NCBI RefSeq assembly: GCF_000021865.1
Contig: NC_014034.1
Location: 630,001-662,000 of the forward strand
Direction of reading: 5' to 3'
DNA: 32,000 nucleotides
DNA from: Rhodobacter capsulatus SB 1003
GTDB lineage: Bacteria; Pseudomonadota; Alphaproteobacteria; Rhodobacterales; Rhodobacteraceae
Every line of letters begins with the position of its first letter. The first letter of the stretch is position 1. Under the pieces are notes generated by a model. That model was given only the letters and a program-made list of their open reading frames with translations. It was not told the origin of the DNA and searched no databases. Below are positions 8,348 through 16,327 of this stretch, in pieces. The position numbers and the translations under genes were made by a program.

Positions 8348-10443
8348 ACGGGGTTTCGGTCGTCTTCGCGCCGCTTGTGCCCTGGCCGGTTCTGGCCGGG
8401 CTTGCGGCGCTGGCCGGGCTGCTTTTGGCTTTCGCGCTTTGGCGCGGGCTGAAAGGCTGGGCGCTGCGGGGCTTTGCGGCTTTGGCGCTTTTGGGCGGGC
8501 TGGCGCAGCCCTCGGTCCAGCACGAGGACAAGACGCCGCTGTCGGATATCGTGCTGCTCGTCGATGACCGCTCTGCCTCGCAGCGGTTGTCCGACCGCGG
8601 CGCGCAGACCGATGCGGCGCTGGCGCAGCTTTCGGCTGCCATCACCGCGCTGCCGAATACCGAATTGCGCCGCGCCACCGTGCCCGACGGCGCGCAGAAT
8701 GCGGGCACGCAGCTGGGCGCGGTTCTGTCCGAGACGCTGGCGGCCGAGCCGCGCGGGCGGGTGGCGGGGGTGATCTTGCTCTCGGACGGGCGGCTGCACG
8801 ACCCCGAAGCGCTTCCCGATCTGCCCGCGCCGCTGCATCTTTTGCGCACGGGGCATGCCGGTGACTGGGACCGCAGGCTGGTGATCGAGACCGCGCCCGC
8901 CTTTGGCATCCTCGGCGAGGAAACGGTGATCCGCCTGAAGGTCGAGGATAGCGGCGCCGTGCCGCAAGCGGCCGGGACCATGGCGCGGCTGACGATCTCG
9001 ATCGACGGGGCGGCGGCGCAGGACTACCCGGTGATGGTCGGGCAGGATCTGGAGCTGCCCTTGAAGCTGGAGCATGCCGGGCAGAACGTGGTGCAGTTCC
9101 GCCTTGATCCCGCGCCGGGGCAGCTGACGGACCGCAACGACAGCGCCGTGGTCAGCATCAACGGCGTGCGCGACCGGCTGCAGGTGCTTCTGGTCTCGGG
9201 CCAGCCGCATGCGGGCGAGCGGACCTGGCGCAACCTTCTGAAATCCGATGCCGGGGTGGATCTGGTGCATTTCACCATCCTGCGCCCGCCGGAAAAGCAG
9301 GATGGCACGCCGGTGTCGGAACTGTCGCTGATCGCCTTTCCGACGCAGGAGCTGTTCCTCGACAAGATCGACGAATTCGATCTGATCATCTTCGACCGCT
9401 ATGCCGAGCGTGGCATCCTGCCCGCCGCCTATTTCGAGAATATCCGCGCCTATGTCGAACGCGGCGGGGCGGTGCTGGTCTCGGCCGGGCCGGAATTCGC
9501 CACGGTGGAAAGCCTGTGGCAGACGCCCCTGGGCGATATCCTGCCCGCGCGGCCGACCGGGCGGGTGCTGTCGGCGGCCTATCTGCCGCGCCCGACCGAA
9601 TTGGGGTTGCGCCATCCGGTCACTGCGGGGCTGACGGGGGCGCCGCCGCCCGCGGGAGAGGCGGGAGAGGGCCATTGGGGCCGCTGGCTGCGGCAGATCG
9701 AGCTGACCGGCGCCCGCGGCGAGGTGGTGATGAAGGGCGTCGGCGAGGCACCGCTGCTGGTGCTGGACCGGGCGGGCAAGGGGCGGGTGGCGCTTCTGGC
9801 CTCCGATCACGCCTGGCTTTGGGATCGCGGCTACGAGGGCGGCGGGCCGCAGCTGGAACTTTTGCGCCGCATCGCGCATTGGGCGATGAAGGAGCCCGAT
9901 CTGGAAGAGGAGGCCCTGCAGGCCGAGGTCGAGCCGGGCAGCCTCTCGGTCACGATCACCCGCCGCACGATGCAGGACAGGGCCGACCCGGTGCAGATCA
10001 CCAGGCCCGATGGCACGGTCGAAAGCCTGCCCCTGTCGCAGGTCGAGCCGGGGCGGTTCGCCGCCCTCTGGACCGCCCCCGCCGAGGGGCTTTACCGGCT
10101 GAATGCGGACGATCTGGAGCGCGTGATGGTGCTGGGGCCTGCCAGTGCGCGCGAATATGAAACCCCGGTCGCCTCTGGCGAAGCGCTGGCGCCCCTGATC
10201 GCCGCCTCGGGCGGCTCCGAGACGGCGCTGGAAGAGGGTATCCCCGATCTGCGGCAGGTGCGGCCGGGCCGCGTCGCCGCCGGGCGCGGCTGGATCGGCG
10301 TCACCCCGCGCGAGGTCACGGCCACGACCGACATCCGGCTGACGCCGCTTTTGCCGGGCTGGGCCTGGCTTGCCCTTGTTGCGGCGGCCATCACCGCCGC
10401 CTGGCTGATCGAGGGGCGGCGGCGGGCGGCTCAGCCCAGCTGA
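8344..10443 (+). CDS. Membrane protein with a vWA-like segment and a GATase1-like middle domain (last gene of the MoxR module)
   Basis: ATG 8344 overlaps the upstream stop (ATGA). It has two N-terminal TM helices, then IVLLVDDRSASQ (MIDAS-like DxSxS) and LQVLLVSGQPHAGERTWRNLLKSD...FDLIIFDRY. A C-terminal TM anchor reads LLPGWAWLALVAAAITAAWLI. Confidence 0.75.
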   Translation: MNGVSVVFAPLVPWPVLAGLAALAGLLLAFALWRGLKGWALRGFAALALLGGLAQPSVQHEDKTPLSDIVLLVDDRSASQRLSDRGAQTDAALAQLSAAITALPNTELRRATVPDGAQNAGTQLGAVLSETLAAEPRGRVAGVILLSDGRLHDPEALPDLPAPLHLLRTGHAGDWDRRLVIETAPAFGILGEETVIRLKVEDSGAVPQAAGTMARLTISIDGAAAQDYPVMVGQDLELPLKLEHAGQNVVQFRLDPAPGQLTDRNDSAVVSINGVRDRLQVLLVSGQPHAGERTWRNLLKSDAGVDLVHFTILRPPEKQDGTPVSELSLIAFPTQELFLDKIDEFDLIIFDRYAERGILPAAYFENIRAYVERGGAVLVSAGPEFATVESLWQTPLGDILPARPTGRVLSAAYLPRPTELGLRHPVTAGLTGAPPPAGEAGEGHWGRWLRQIELTGARGEVVMKGVGEAPLLVLDRAGKGRVALLASDHAWLWDRGYEGGGPQLELLRRIAHWAMKEPDLEEEALQAEVEPGSLSVTITRRTMQDRADPVQITRPDGTVESLPLSQVEPGRFAALWTAPAEGLYRLNADDLERVMVLGPASAREYETPVASGEALAPLIAASGGSETALEEGIPDLRQVRPGRVAAGRGWIGVTPREVTATTDIRLTPLLPGWAWLALVAAAITAAWLIEGRRRAAQPS

Positions 10444-11582
10444 TCGGCCAGGCAGCGCAGGAACAGCGCGGCGCCGACGGGGATCAGGCTGTCGGGGAAA
10501 TCGTAATCGGAATTGTGCAGGCTGGGGCTGGCCTCGCCCGCACCCAGAAGCAGCATCGCCGCGGGGGCCAGCGCGCCGAAACGGCCGAAATCCTCGGAGG
10601 CGCGCATCGGCACCTCCGTGTCACCCTCGGGGATCGCCTCGGCCGCCAGTGCCGCGCGCAGGACCGCCACCGCCTCGGGCGCATTGGTGCAGGCGGTGAA
10701 GATGTCGTGATACGAAAGGCTTGTGCCCAGCCTCTCGGCGGCCTCGGCCACCGCGGCTTCGGTCGCGGCGACCAGCGCGGCCATGCCCGCATCGGTCTGG
10801 GTGCGCAGCGTCGCCCAAAGCTCGGCCTCGGCGGGGGCGATGCCGAAGGCGGGCTCGCCCAGCCGGGCATGGGTGACGGTGACGAGCGAAAACGCCGGAT
10901 CGGTGACCGGGCCGCCCTTGCCCAGACCGGGCAGCCGCGCGATCAGCTGCGCCAGCGCCGGGCCCGGCGAAAGCCCCGTCTCGGGCTGCGCCGCATGGGC
11001 GGTGCGGCCGGTCAGCCGGATCCGGATCCCGCGGGAGGCGCAATTGGCAGGCCCGGGGCGCACCACCGCCTGCCCCAGCGCCAGACCGGGGTAATTGTGC
11101 AAGGACAGCGCCAGATCGGGGCGGATCTGCGCAAAAGCCGGATCGGCGATCACCGCCGCCGCCCCCGATCCGTCCTCCTCGGCGGGCTGGAACAGCAGCA
11201 CCGCCCGGCCGCGCCGGGGTTTCTGCCGCGCAAGCCCCCGGGCGACGCCCGCGACAATCGCCATATGGCCATCATGCCCGCACAGATGCGCCTTGCCCGG
11301 CACGTCCGAGCGATGCGCGACGGTGCCGGTCTCAAGGATCGGCAGCGCATCCAGCTCGCAGCGGATCAGCACCGTCGGCCCGGGCTCAGCCCCCTCCCAG
11401 ATCGCCGCGACGCCATGGCCGCCCAGCCCGGTCAGAAGCCGGTCGGGCCGGGATTTCATCAGCTCCGCCACGACGGCCCGGGCGGTCCCGGCCTCCGCGC
11501 CCGAAACCTCGGGCGCGCGGTGCAGCGCCTGGCGGAAGGCGGTCAGCGCGATCACGTCGGAATTGCTCAGCCGCGTCCGCAT
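10431..11582 (-). CDS. M20D-family amidohydrolase (hippurate hydrolase / N-acyl-amino-acid amidohydrolase-like)
   Basis: The start ATG 11582 (MRTRLSNSDVIALTAF...) shares one nt with the upstream DUF1489 stop (TGATG). Motifs include HLCGHDGH and LLFQPAEEDGSGA. The upstream 131 codons of the track ORF are Arg/Gly-rich. Confidence 0.85.
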   Translation of the reverse strand: MRTRLSNSDVIALTAFRQALHRAPEVSGAEAGTARAVVAELMKSRPDRLLTGLGGHGVAAIWEGAEPGPTVLIRCELDALPILETGTVAHRSDVPGKAHLCGHDGHMAIVAGVARGLARQKPRRGRAVLLFQPAEEDGSGAAAVIADPAFAQIRPDLALSLHNYPGLALGQAVVRPGPANCASRGIRIRLTGRTAHAAQPETGLSPGPALAQLIARLPGLGKGGPVTDPAFSLVTVTHARLGEPAFGIAPAEAELWATLRTQTDAGMAALVAATEAAVAEAAERLGTSLSYHDIFTACTNAPEAVAVLRAALAAEAIPEGDTEVPMRASEDFGRFGALAPAAMLLLGAGEASPSLHNSDYDFPDSLIPVGAALFLRCLADQLG

Positions 11583-12004
11583 CAGCGCAGCCCGATCTCG
11601 GCCAGAGCTGCCTGCAGATCGCCGGGCAGGGGCTCCTCCTGTCCGCGCCCGGCCGCAAGATCGCGCGGCGCCTCGGTCGCGGGGAAATAGCGCCAGCCCT
11701 GAAACGGCCGCCGCGGCACGGCATCGGTGCGGATCACCGCCGGATCCAGCACCAGCGCGCAGCGGGCGACGCCATCGGCGCCGGTCACCGGCTGCAGATC
11801 CAGGATCGGCTGCCGCGCCAGGATCTGCCCCTTGATCACCCAGTAAAGCGAGCCGCCCGCCAGAACCTCTTCGGCGCGCTTGGGCCACATCCGCGTCACA
11901 TGCCGCGCCGGGCCGGTGCCGAAATGCGCGCGCTGCCAGTCGGTCAGATCCTCGACGCTCTCTGCGCCAACACAAAGCTTGAGGATATGCAGCGGTTGTG
12001 TCAT
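11582..12004 (-). CDS. DUF1489 family protein
   Basis: The start ATG 12004 is preceded by GAAGG. The product is MTQPLHILKLCVGAESVEDL...GGSLYWVIKGQILARQ...FQGWRYF. Confidence 0.8.
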   Translation of the reverse strand: MTQPLHILKLCVGAESVEDLTDWQRAHFGTGPARHVTRMWPKRAEEVLAGGSLYWVIKGQILARQPILDLQPVTGADGVARCALVLDPAVIRTDAVPRRPFQGWRYFPATEAPRDLAAGRGQEEPLPGDLQAALAEIGLR

Positions 12005-12047
12005 TGCCTTCTTTCCTGTCCCCGGCGCTTTGATCATTCGATCAAAA

Positions 12048-12095
12048 ACGCTACAAGTGGTCTTCCGTTTCCCGTCACACCACAATATAGAGTGC
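12048..12095. promoter_or_regulatory. Candidate tandem NrdR boxes upstream of nrdJ
   Basis: ACGCTACAAGTGGTCT (12048-12063) and CCACAATATAGAGTGC (12080-12095) partially match the 16-bp NrdR palindrome (acaCwAtATaTwGtgt, recalled). Their centres are 32 bp apart, the usual spacing. Box 1 is weak. Confidence 0.4.
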
Positions 12096-12127
12096 GTCGC
12101 CCGAGGGCAACGCGGTTCACCCCGACG

Positions 12128-12156
12128 TTGACCCACTGCCCTCGTCACCGTATCTT
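12128..12156 (+). promoter_or_regulatory. Sigma70-like promoter candidate for nrdJ
   Basis: TTGACC (12128-12133), a 17-nt spacer, then TATCTT (12151-12156), about 43 nt upstream of the nrdJ ATG. Confidence 0.4.
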
Positions 12157-12198
12157 TAACCCTCTTTCCGCCCGCCGGTCGCTGCCAAAGGATGCCTC

Positions 12199-14466
12199 AT
12201 GACCCGTTTTGCCGCCCCCATCGCCGAACAGATCTGGGACATGAAATACCGGCTGAAAGATGCCGACGGCCTGCCGCTGGATGCGTCGGTCGAAGACAGC
12301 TGGCGCCGGGTGGCCCGCGATCTGGCCTCGGTCGAAGCCGATCCGGCGCATTGGGAGCCGAAATTCTACGCCGCGCTGGAAGATTTCAAATTCCTGCCCG
12401 CGGGGCGGATTCTGGCGGGCGCGGGGACCGGCCGGGCGGTGACCCTGTTCAACTGCTTCGTCATGGGCACGATCCCCGATTCGATGGCCGGCATTTTCGA
12501 CATGCTGAAGGAAGCGGCGCTGACGATGCAGCAGGGCGGCGGCATCGGCTATGATTTCTCGACGATCCGGCCGCGCGGCGCGGCGGTGAAGGGGGTGGCG
12601 GCCGATGCCTCGGGGCCGCTGTCCTTCATGGATGTCTGGGATGCGATGTGCCGCACGATCATGTCGGCGGGCTCGCGCCGCGGCGCGATGATGGCGACGA
12701 TGCGCTGCGACCATCCCGATATCGAGGCCTTCATCACCGCGAAACAGGATTCGGCCCGGCTGCGGATGTTCAACCTCTCGGTGCTGATCACCGATGCTTT
12801 CATGGAAGCGGTGAAGGCCGATGGTCCGTGGGAGCTGGTCTTTGACGGCAAGGTCTATCACACGCTGAACGCCCGCGATCTGTGGAACAAGATCATGCGC
12901 GCGACCTATGATTTCGCGGAACCCGGGGTGATCTTCATCGACCGGATCAACGCGATGAACAACCTCGCCTATCTGGAGCAGATCGCGGCGACGAACCCCT
13001 GTGGCGAGCAGCCGCTGCCGCCCTATGGCGCCTGTCTGCTGGGCTCGGTGAACCTCGCGCGGCTGGTCACGGCGCCTTTCACCGATCAGGCCCGGCTGGA
13101 TCTGGCGGCGCTCGATGAGCTGGTGCGGACCTCGGTGCGGATGATGGACAATGTCGTCGATGCCAGCCGTTTCCCGCTGCCGCAACAGCAGGCCGAGGCC
13201 GCGAACAAGCGCCGGATCGGGCTTGGGGTGACGGGGCTGGCCGATGCGCTTTTGATGCTGGGGCTGCGCTATGGCGACGACAAGGCCGCGGCGCAGACCG
13301 AAGCCTGGATGAAGGCGATTGCCCGGGCGGCCTATCTCGCCTCGGTCGATCTGGCGCGGGAAAAGGGCGCTTTCCCGCTCTTCGATGCCGAGAAATATCT
13401 GAGCAGCGGCAACATGCTGCAGATGGACGAGGATGTGCGGCAGGCGATTGCCACGCATGGGATCCGCAATGCGCTGCTTACCTCGATCGCGCCGACGGGG
13501 ACGATTTCGCTTTATGCGGGCAACGTGTCTTCGGGCATCGAGCCGGTCTTTGCCTATGCCTATACGCGCAAGGTGCTGCAAAAGGATGGCTCGCGGACCG
13601 AGGAAGAGGTGGTCGATTACGCGGTGAAGCTGTGGCGGGACATGAAGGGCGACGTGGCGCTGCCCGCGTATTTCGTCAACGCCCAGACGCTGGCGCCGAT
13701 GGATCACGTCAAGATGCAGGCGGCGGCGCAGAAATGGATCGATTCGAGCATCTCGAAAACGATCAACTGCCCGGTGGACATTTCTTTCGACGATTTCAAG
13801 GATGTCTACATGGCGGCCTTTGAAAGCGGCTGCAAGGGCTGCACCACCTACCGCCCGAATGACGTGACGGGGTCGGTTTTGACGGTTTCGGAAAAGTCCG
13901 AAAAGACCCCCGAGACCGACAAGGGCGCCGAGGTGGTCTATCTGACCGAACCGCTGGATCGGCCCGCGTCGCTGGAGGGGGCGACCTACAAGCTGAAATG
14001 GCCGGGCTCGGAACATGCGATCTACATCACGGTGAACGACATCGTGCAGGGCGGGCATCGCCGTCCCTTCGAGGTTTTCATAAATTCCAAGAATATGGAA
14101 CATTACGCCTGGACGGTGGCGCTGACGCGGATGATCTCGGCGGTGTTCCGGCGCGGCGGGGATGTGAGCTTCGTCGTGGGCGAGCTGAAGGCGGTCTTCG
14201 ATCCGCGCGGCGGCGCCTGGATGGCGGGGCAATACATCCCGTCGATCCTGGCGGCGATCGGCGGCGTGATCGAGCGGCATCTGGTGGCGACGGGCTTCAT
14301 CGCAGGCGAGGGGATGGGTCTGAAAAGCGATCCCCGCGCCGAGGTGATGGAAATGGGCGAGCCGCCGAGAGGAGAGGCCTGCCCGTCCTGCGGCAGCTAC
14401 GCGCTGCGCAAGGTGGAAGGCTGCCTGACCTGCGCCGACTGCGGCCATTCGAAGTGCTCGGGTTGA
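12199..14466 (+). CDS. nrdJ: Class II (adenosylcobalamin-dependent) ribonucleotide reductase
   Basis: 755 aa. Motifs include MQQGGGIGYDFSTIRPRG, the active-site segment ATNPCGEQPLPPYGACLLGS, and SISKTINCP. The C-terminal Cys-rich zinc-ribbon tail is CPSCGSYALRKVEGCLTCADCGHSKC (14380-14457). Confidence 0.93.
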   Translation: MTRFAAPIAEQIWDMKYRLKDADGLPLDASVEDSWRRVARDLASVEADPAHWEPKFYAALEDFKFLPAGRILAGAGTGRAVTLFNCFVMGTIPDSMAGIFDMLKEAALTMQQGGGIGYDFSTIRPRGAAVKGVAADASGPLSFMDVWDAMCRTIMSAGSRRGAMMATMRCDHPDIEAFITAKQDSARLRMFNLSVLITDAFMEAVKADGPWELVFDGKVYHTLNARDLWNKIMRATYDFAEPGVIFIDRINAMNNLAYLEQIAATNPCGEQPLPPYGACLLGSVNLARLVTAPFTDQARLDLAALDELVRTSVRMMDNVVDASRFPLPQQQAEAANKRRIGLGVTGLADALLMLGLRYGDDKAAAQTEAWMKAIARAAYLASVDLAREKGAFPLFDAEKYLSSGNMLQMDEDVRQAIATHGIRNALLTSIAPTGTISLYAGNVSSGIEPVFAYAYTRKVLQKDGSRTEEEVVDYAVKLWRDMKGDVALPAYFVNAQTLAPMDHVKMQAAAQKWIDSSISKTINCPVDISFDDFKDVYMAAFESGCKGCTTYRPNDVTGSVLTVSEKSEKTPETDKGAEVVYLTEPLDRPASLEGATYKLKWPGSEHAIYITVNDIVQGGHRRPFEVFINSKNMEHYAWTVALTRMISAVFRRGGDVSFVVGELKAVFDPRGGAWMAGQYIPSILAAIGGVIERHLVATGFIAGEGMGLKSDPRAEVMEMGEPPRGEACPSCGSYALRKVEGCLTCADCGHSKCSG

Positions 14467-14530
14467 AAACGCCTTACAAATCTCGATGCTCAGATAAATT
14501 GACCACTCTTGTCCACTGAGCGCGCCCTAT

Positions 14531-14565
14531 CCCGCCGACTGAAACGTCGGCGGGTTTTCTTTTTG
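14531..14565 (+). terminator. Rho-independent terminator of nrdJ
   Basis: CCCGCCGAC (14531-14539) pairs perfectly with GTCGGCGGG (14546-14554) around a 6-nt loop, followed by TTTTCTTTTT. Confidence 0.85.
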
Positions 14566-14899
14566 GTCGACGCCTTCCTTGAAAAAACGTTTTTAAATCA
14601 ATGATCAGAATCTCTTGCAGTTGTCGTCGTCTCTGACCTTTTCCCCATTTCCCGCTCACCAACCGCACCAACTTTTTCTTCCAGGAATCCTTCAAGATGT
14701 AAGTCTCTGCCCGCAGGGCGGGAGGCGAAGACAGATCTCCTTTTCTGTCTCATGTCCGAGGCTCCCAGCCGGAAGCCGGGGGATTCGCCGGAAACCATAT
14801 TCCTCGCCTCTCACCCTCAACGCAGCGAAGGACCTGCGTCTGCCGGGCCGCACCTTCCGAACGTGATCCGGCGCGGGGGAATGACGCTGTGACGGGGGC

Positions 14900-16195
14900 T
14901 CAGGACAGGAAGGGCATCTCGATGCCGAAGGCGCCCAGAAGCAGGACCATGTTGAGCGAGAGCACGAGGCAGGCGCCCAAGGCTGCCGCCGCCTGAACCT
15001 TGCGCGCTGGGACGAAGGCGCCCATCACCTCGGGCTTGCGGATCAGCCACAGCAGCGCCAGCATCGGCACCGGCAGGGCGATCGAGAGAACCACCTGACT
15101 CATCACCAGCGCATCCGTCGCATTCGCGCCCGAGGCGACGACGACGAAGGCGGGCACCATCGTCACCGCGCGGCGCAGCCAGAGCGGCAGGTTCACCCGC
15201 AAGAAGCCCTGCATGATCATCTGCCCCGCCATCGTGCCGACGACCGAAGACGAGATCCCCGAGGCGATCAGCGACAACAGGAAGGCCGAGGCCGCAAAGC
15301 CGCCCAGAAGCGGGGTCAGCGTGTGATAGGCGGTCTCGATTTCCGCCACCTCGGCATGGCCGGTGTGAAAGGCCGAGGCCGCCATCATCACCATCGCCAT
15401 GTTGATCAGCCCCGCCCCCGCCAGCGCCACGACCACCTCGATGTTCGAGATCCGCACCATCCGGCGCCGGTCGCTGTCATTGCCCAGGATGGCGCGGTTC
15501 TGCGTCAGGCCGGAATGCAGGAAGATCGCATGCGGCATGACCGTGGCGCCGATGATGCCGACCGCAATCGTCAGCGCCCCCGCATCGGGCAGGCTGGGCG
15601 TGGTCAGGCCGCCCACCGCCTGACCCCAGTCGATCGGCGCGATCAGCACCTCGGCCAGATAGCTCAGCCCGATCACGCCCACCATCGACCCGATCGCCAG
15701 TTCCATCGGCCGGAAGCCCTGCGCCTCGAACAGCAGGATCGCATAGGTGATCACCGCGGTCAGCGCCATGCCCCACAGAAGCGGAATCCCCAGAAGCAGC
15801 GAAAAGCCGATGGCGCCGCCCAGAAATTCGGCCAGATCGGTGGCCATCGCGGCGATCTCGCTGACCGCCCACATGACGAGCACCAGCGGGCGGGGCAAGT
15901 GATCGCGGCTGAGTTCCGCAAGGTTGCGCCCGGTGACGATGCCCAGCCGCGCCGAAAGCGCCTGAAACAGCATCGCGATCAGGTTCGCCATCAGCACGAC
16001 CCAGAGGAGCGCATAGCCGTAGCCCGCCCCGGCCTGGATGTTCGTCGCGTAATTGCCCGGGTCCATATAGGCGACCGAGGCGATCACCGCCGGGCCGACA
16101 AAGGCAAGCATCGCCAGCGGGCCGCGCCGTTCGCCGCCGATCACCGCCGACATCGTGGCCCGCGCCCGCCCGGACATGGAGTTTTCGTGGATCAT
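14900..16195 (-). CDS. mntH: NRAMP-family Mn2+/Fe2+:H+ symporter
   Basis: Motifs include FVGPAVIASVAYMDPGNYATNIQAGAGYGYALLWVV and VMPHAIFLHS. I chose ATG 16195 (MIHENSMSGR...) because the 16222 start would cover the operator palindrome. ATG 16177 is an alternative. Confidence 0.9.
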   Translation of the reverse strand: MIHENSMSGRARATMSAVIGGERRGPLAMLAFVGPAVIASVAYMDPGNYATNIQAGAGYGYALLWVVLMANLIAMLFQALSARLGIVTGRNLAELSRDHLPRPLVLVMWAVSEIAAMATDLAEFLGGAIGFSLLLGIPLLWGMALTAVITYAILLFEAQGFRPMELAIGSMVGVIGLSYLAEVLIAPIDWGQAVGGLTTPSLPDAGALTIAVGIIGATVMPHAIFLHSGLTQNRAILGNDSDRRRMVRISNIEVVVALAGAGLINMAMVMMAASAFHTGHAEVAEIETAYHTLTPLLGGFAASAFLLSLIASGISSSVVGTMAGQMIMQGFLRVNLPLWLRRAVTMVPAFVVVASGANATDALVMSQVVLSIALPVPMLALLWLIRKPEVMGAFVPARKVQAAAALGACLVLSLNMVLLLGAFGIEMPFLS

Positions 16196-16223
16196 TCTGG
16201 CCCCCGGAACCTGTTGCTGCAAA

Positions 16224-16241
16224 GTGTAGCCTTGGCTATAT
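16224..16241. promoter_or_regulatory. Palindromic operator in the mntH/mntR divergent region (MntR-box-like)
   Basis: GTGTAGCCTTGGCTATAT has perfect arms TAGCC/GGCTA. It resembles the ATAGC...GCTAT core of enterobacterial MntR sites (recalled). It lies 29-46 nt upstream of the mntH ATG and about 87 nt upstream of mntR. Confidence 0.55.
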
Positions 16242-16327
16242 TTCTGTCAAGCGGCTTCCCGGCCCGGAACGGCAGTTTCGCTTTGTCGCGCCGGGGGGCG
16301 TTTCCAAATCCGGGGCAAGGCGATAAA

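Noticed and set aside
6293-9879. Long antisense ORFs 6293..8344 (683 aa) and 8305..9879 (524 aa).
   Set aside because: They run opposite the BatA_N/DUF4159 and membrane-protein genes. Their translations are dominated by R/G/P/Q repeats, the typical stop-codon-poor antisense frames of high-GC DNA.
12096-12198. Cobalamin-riboswitch-like fragments upstream of nrdJ (GAGGGCAA...CCCACTGCC, GCCCGCCGGTCGCTGCC).
   Set aside because: Resemblance to the AGGGAA/GCCACTG/B12-box elements is only partial. The region is too short for the full fold and contains a good sigma70 promoter inside the putative structure. B12 riboswitches normally control B12-independent isozymes, not the B12-dependent NrdJ. GAGGGCA/TGCCCTC simply forms a hairpin.
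12145-14448. 767-aa minus-strand ORF antisense to nrdJ.
   Set aside because: nrdJ on the + strand has unmistakable RNR motifs. The antisense translation is an Arg/His/Pro-rich artefact.
14765-14800. tRNA T-arm-like fragment (minus strand CCGG-CGAATCC-CCGG) suggesting an integration-site remnant.
   Set aside because: There is only a 4-bp stem, the TPsiC consensus (GTTCGAATC) is incomplete, there is no acceptor or anticodon arm nearby, and no integrase is present.
14474-14866. Track ORFs 14474..14695 (-), 14598..14798 (-) and 14615..14866 (+) in the nrdJ/mntH spacer.
   Set aside because: They have no Shine-Dalgarno. They use non-ATG starts or codons rare for this genome (AGA, AGG, TTA), and one spans the nrdJ terminator hairpin. 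Their composition looks non-coding.
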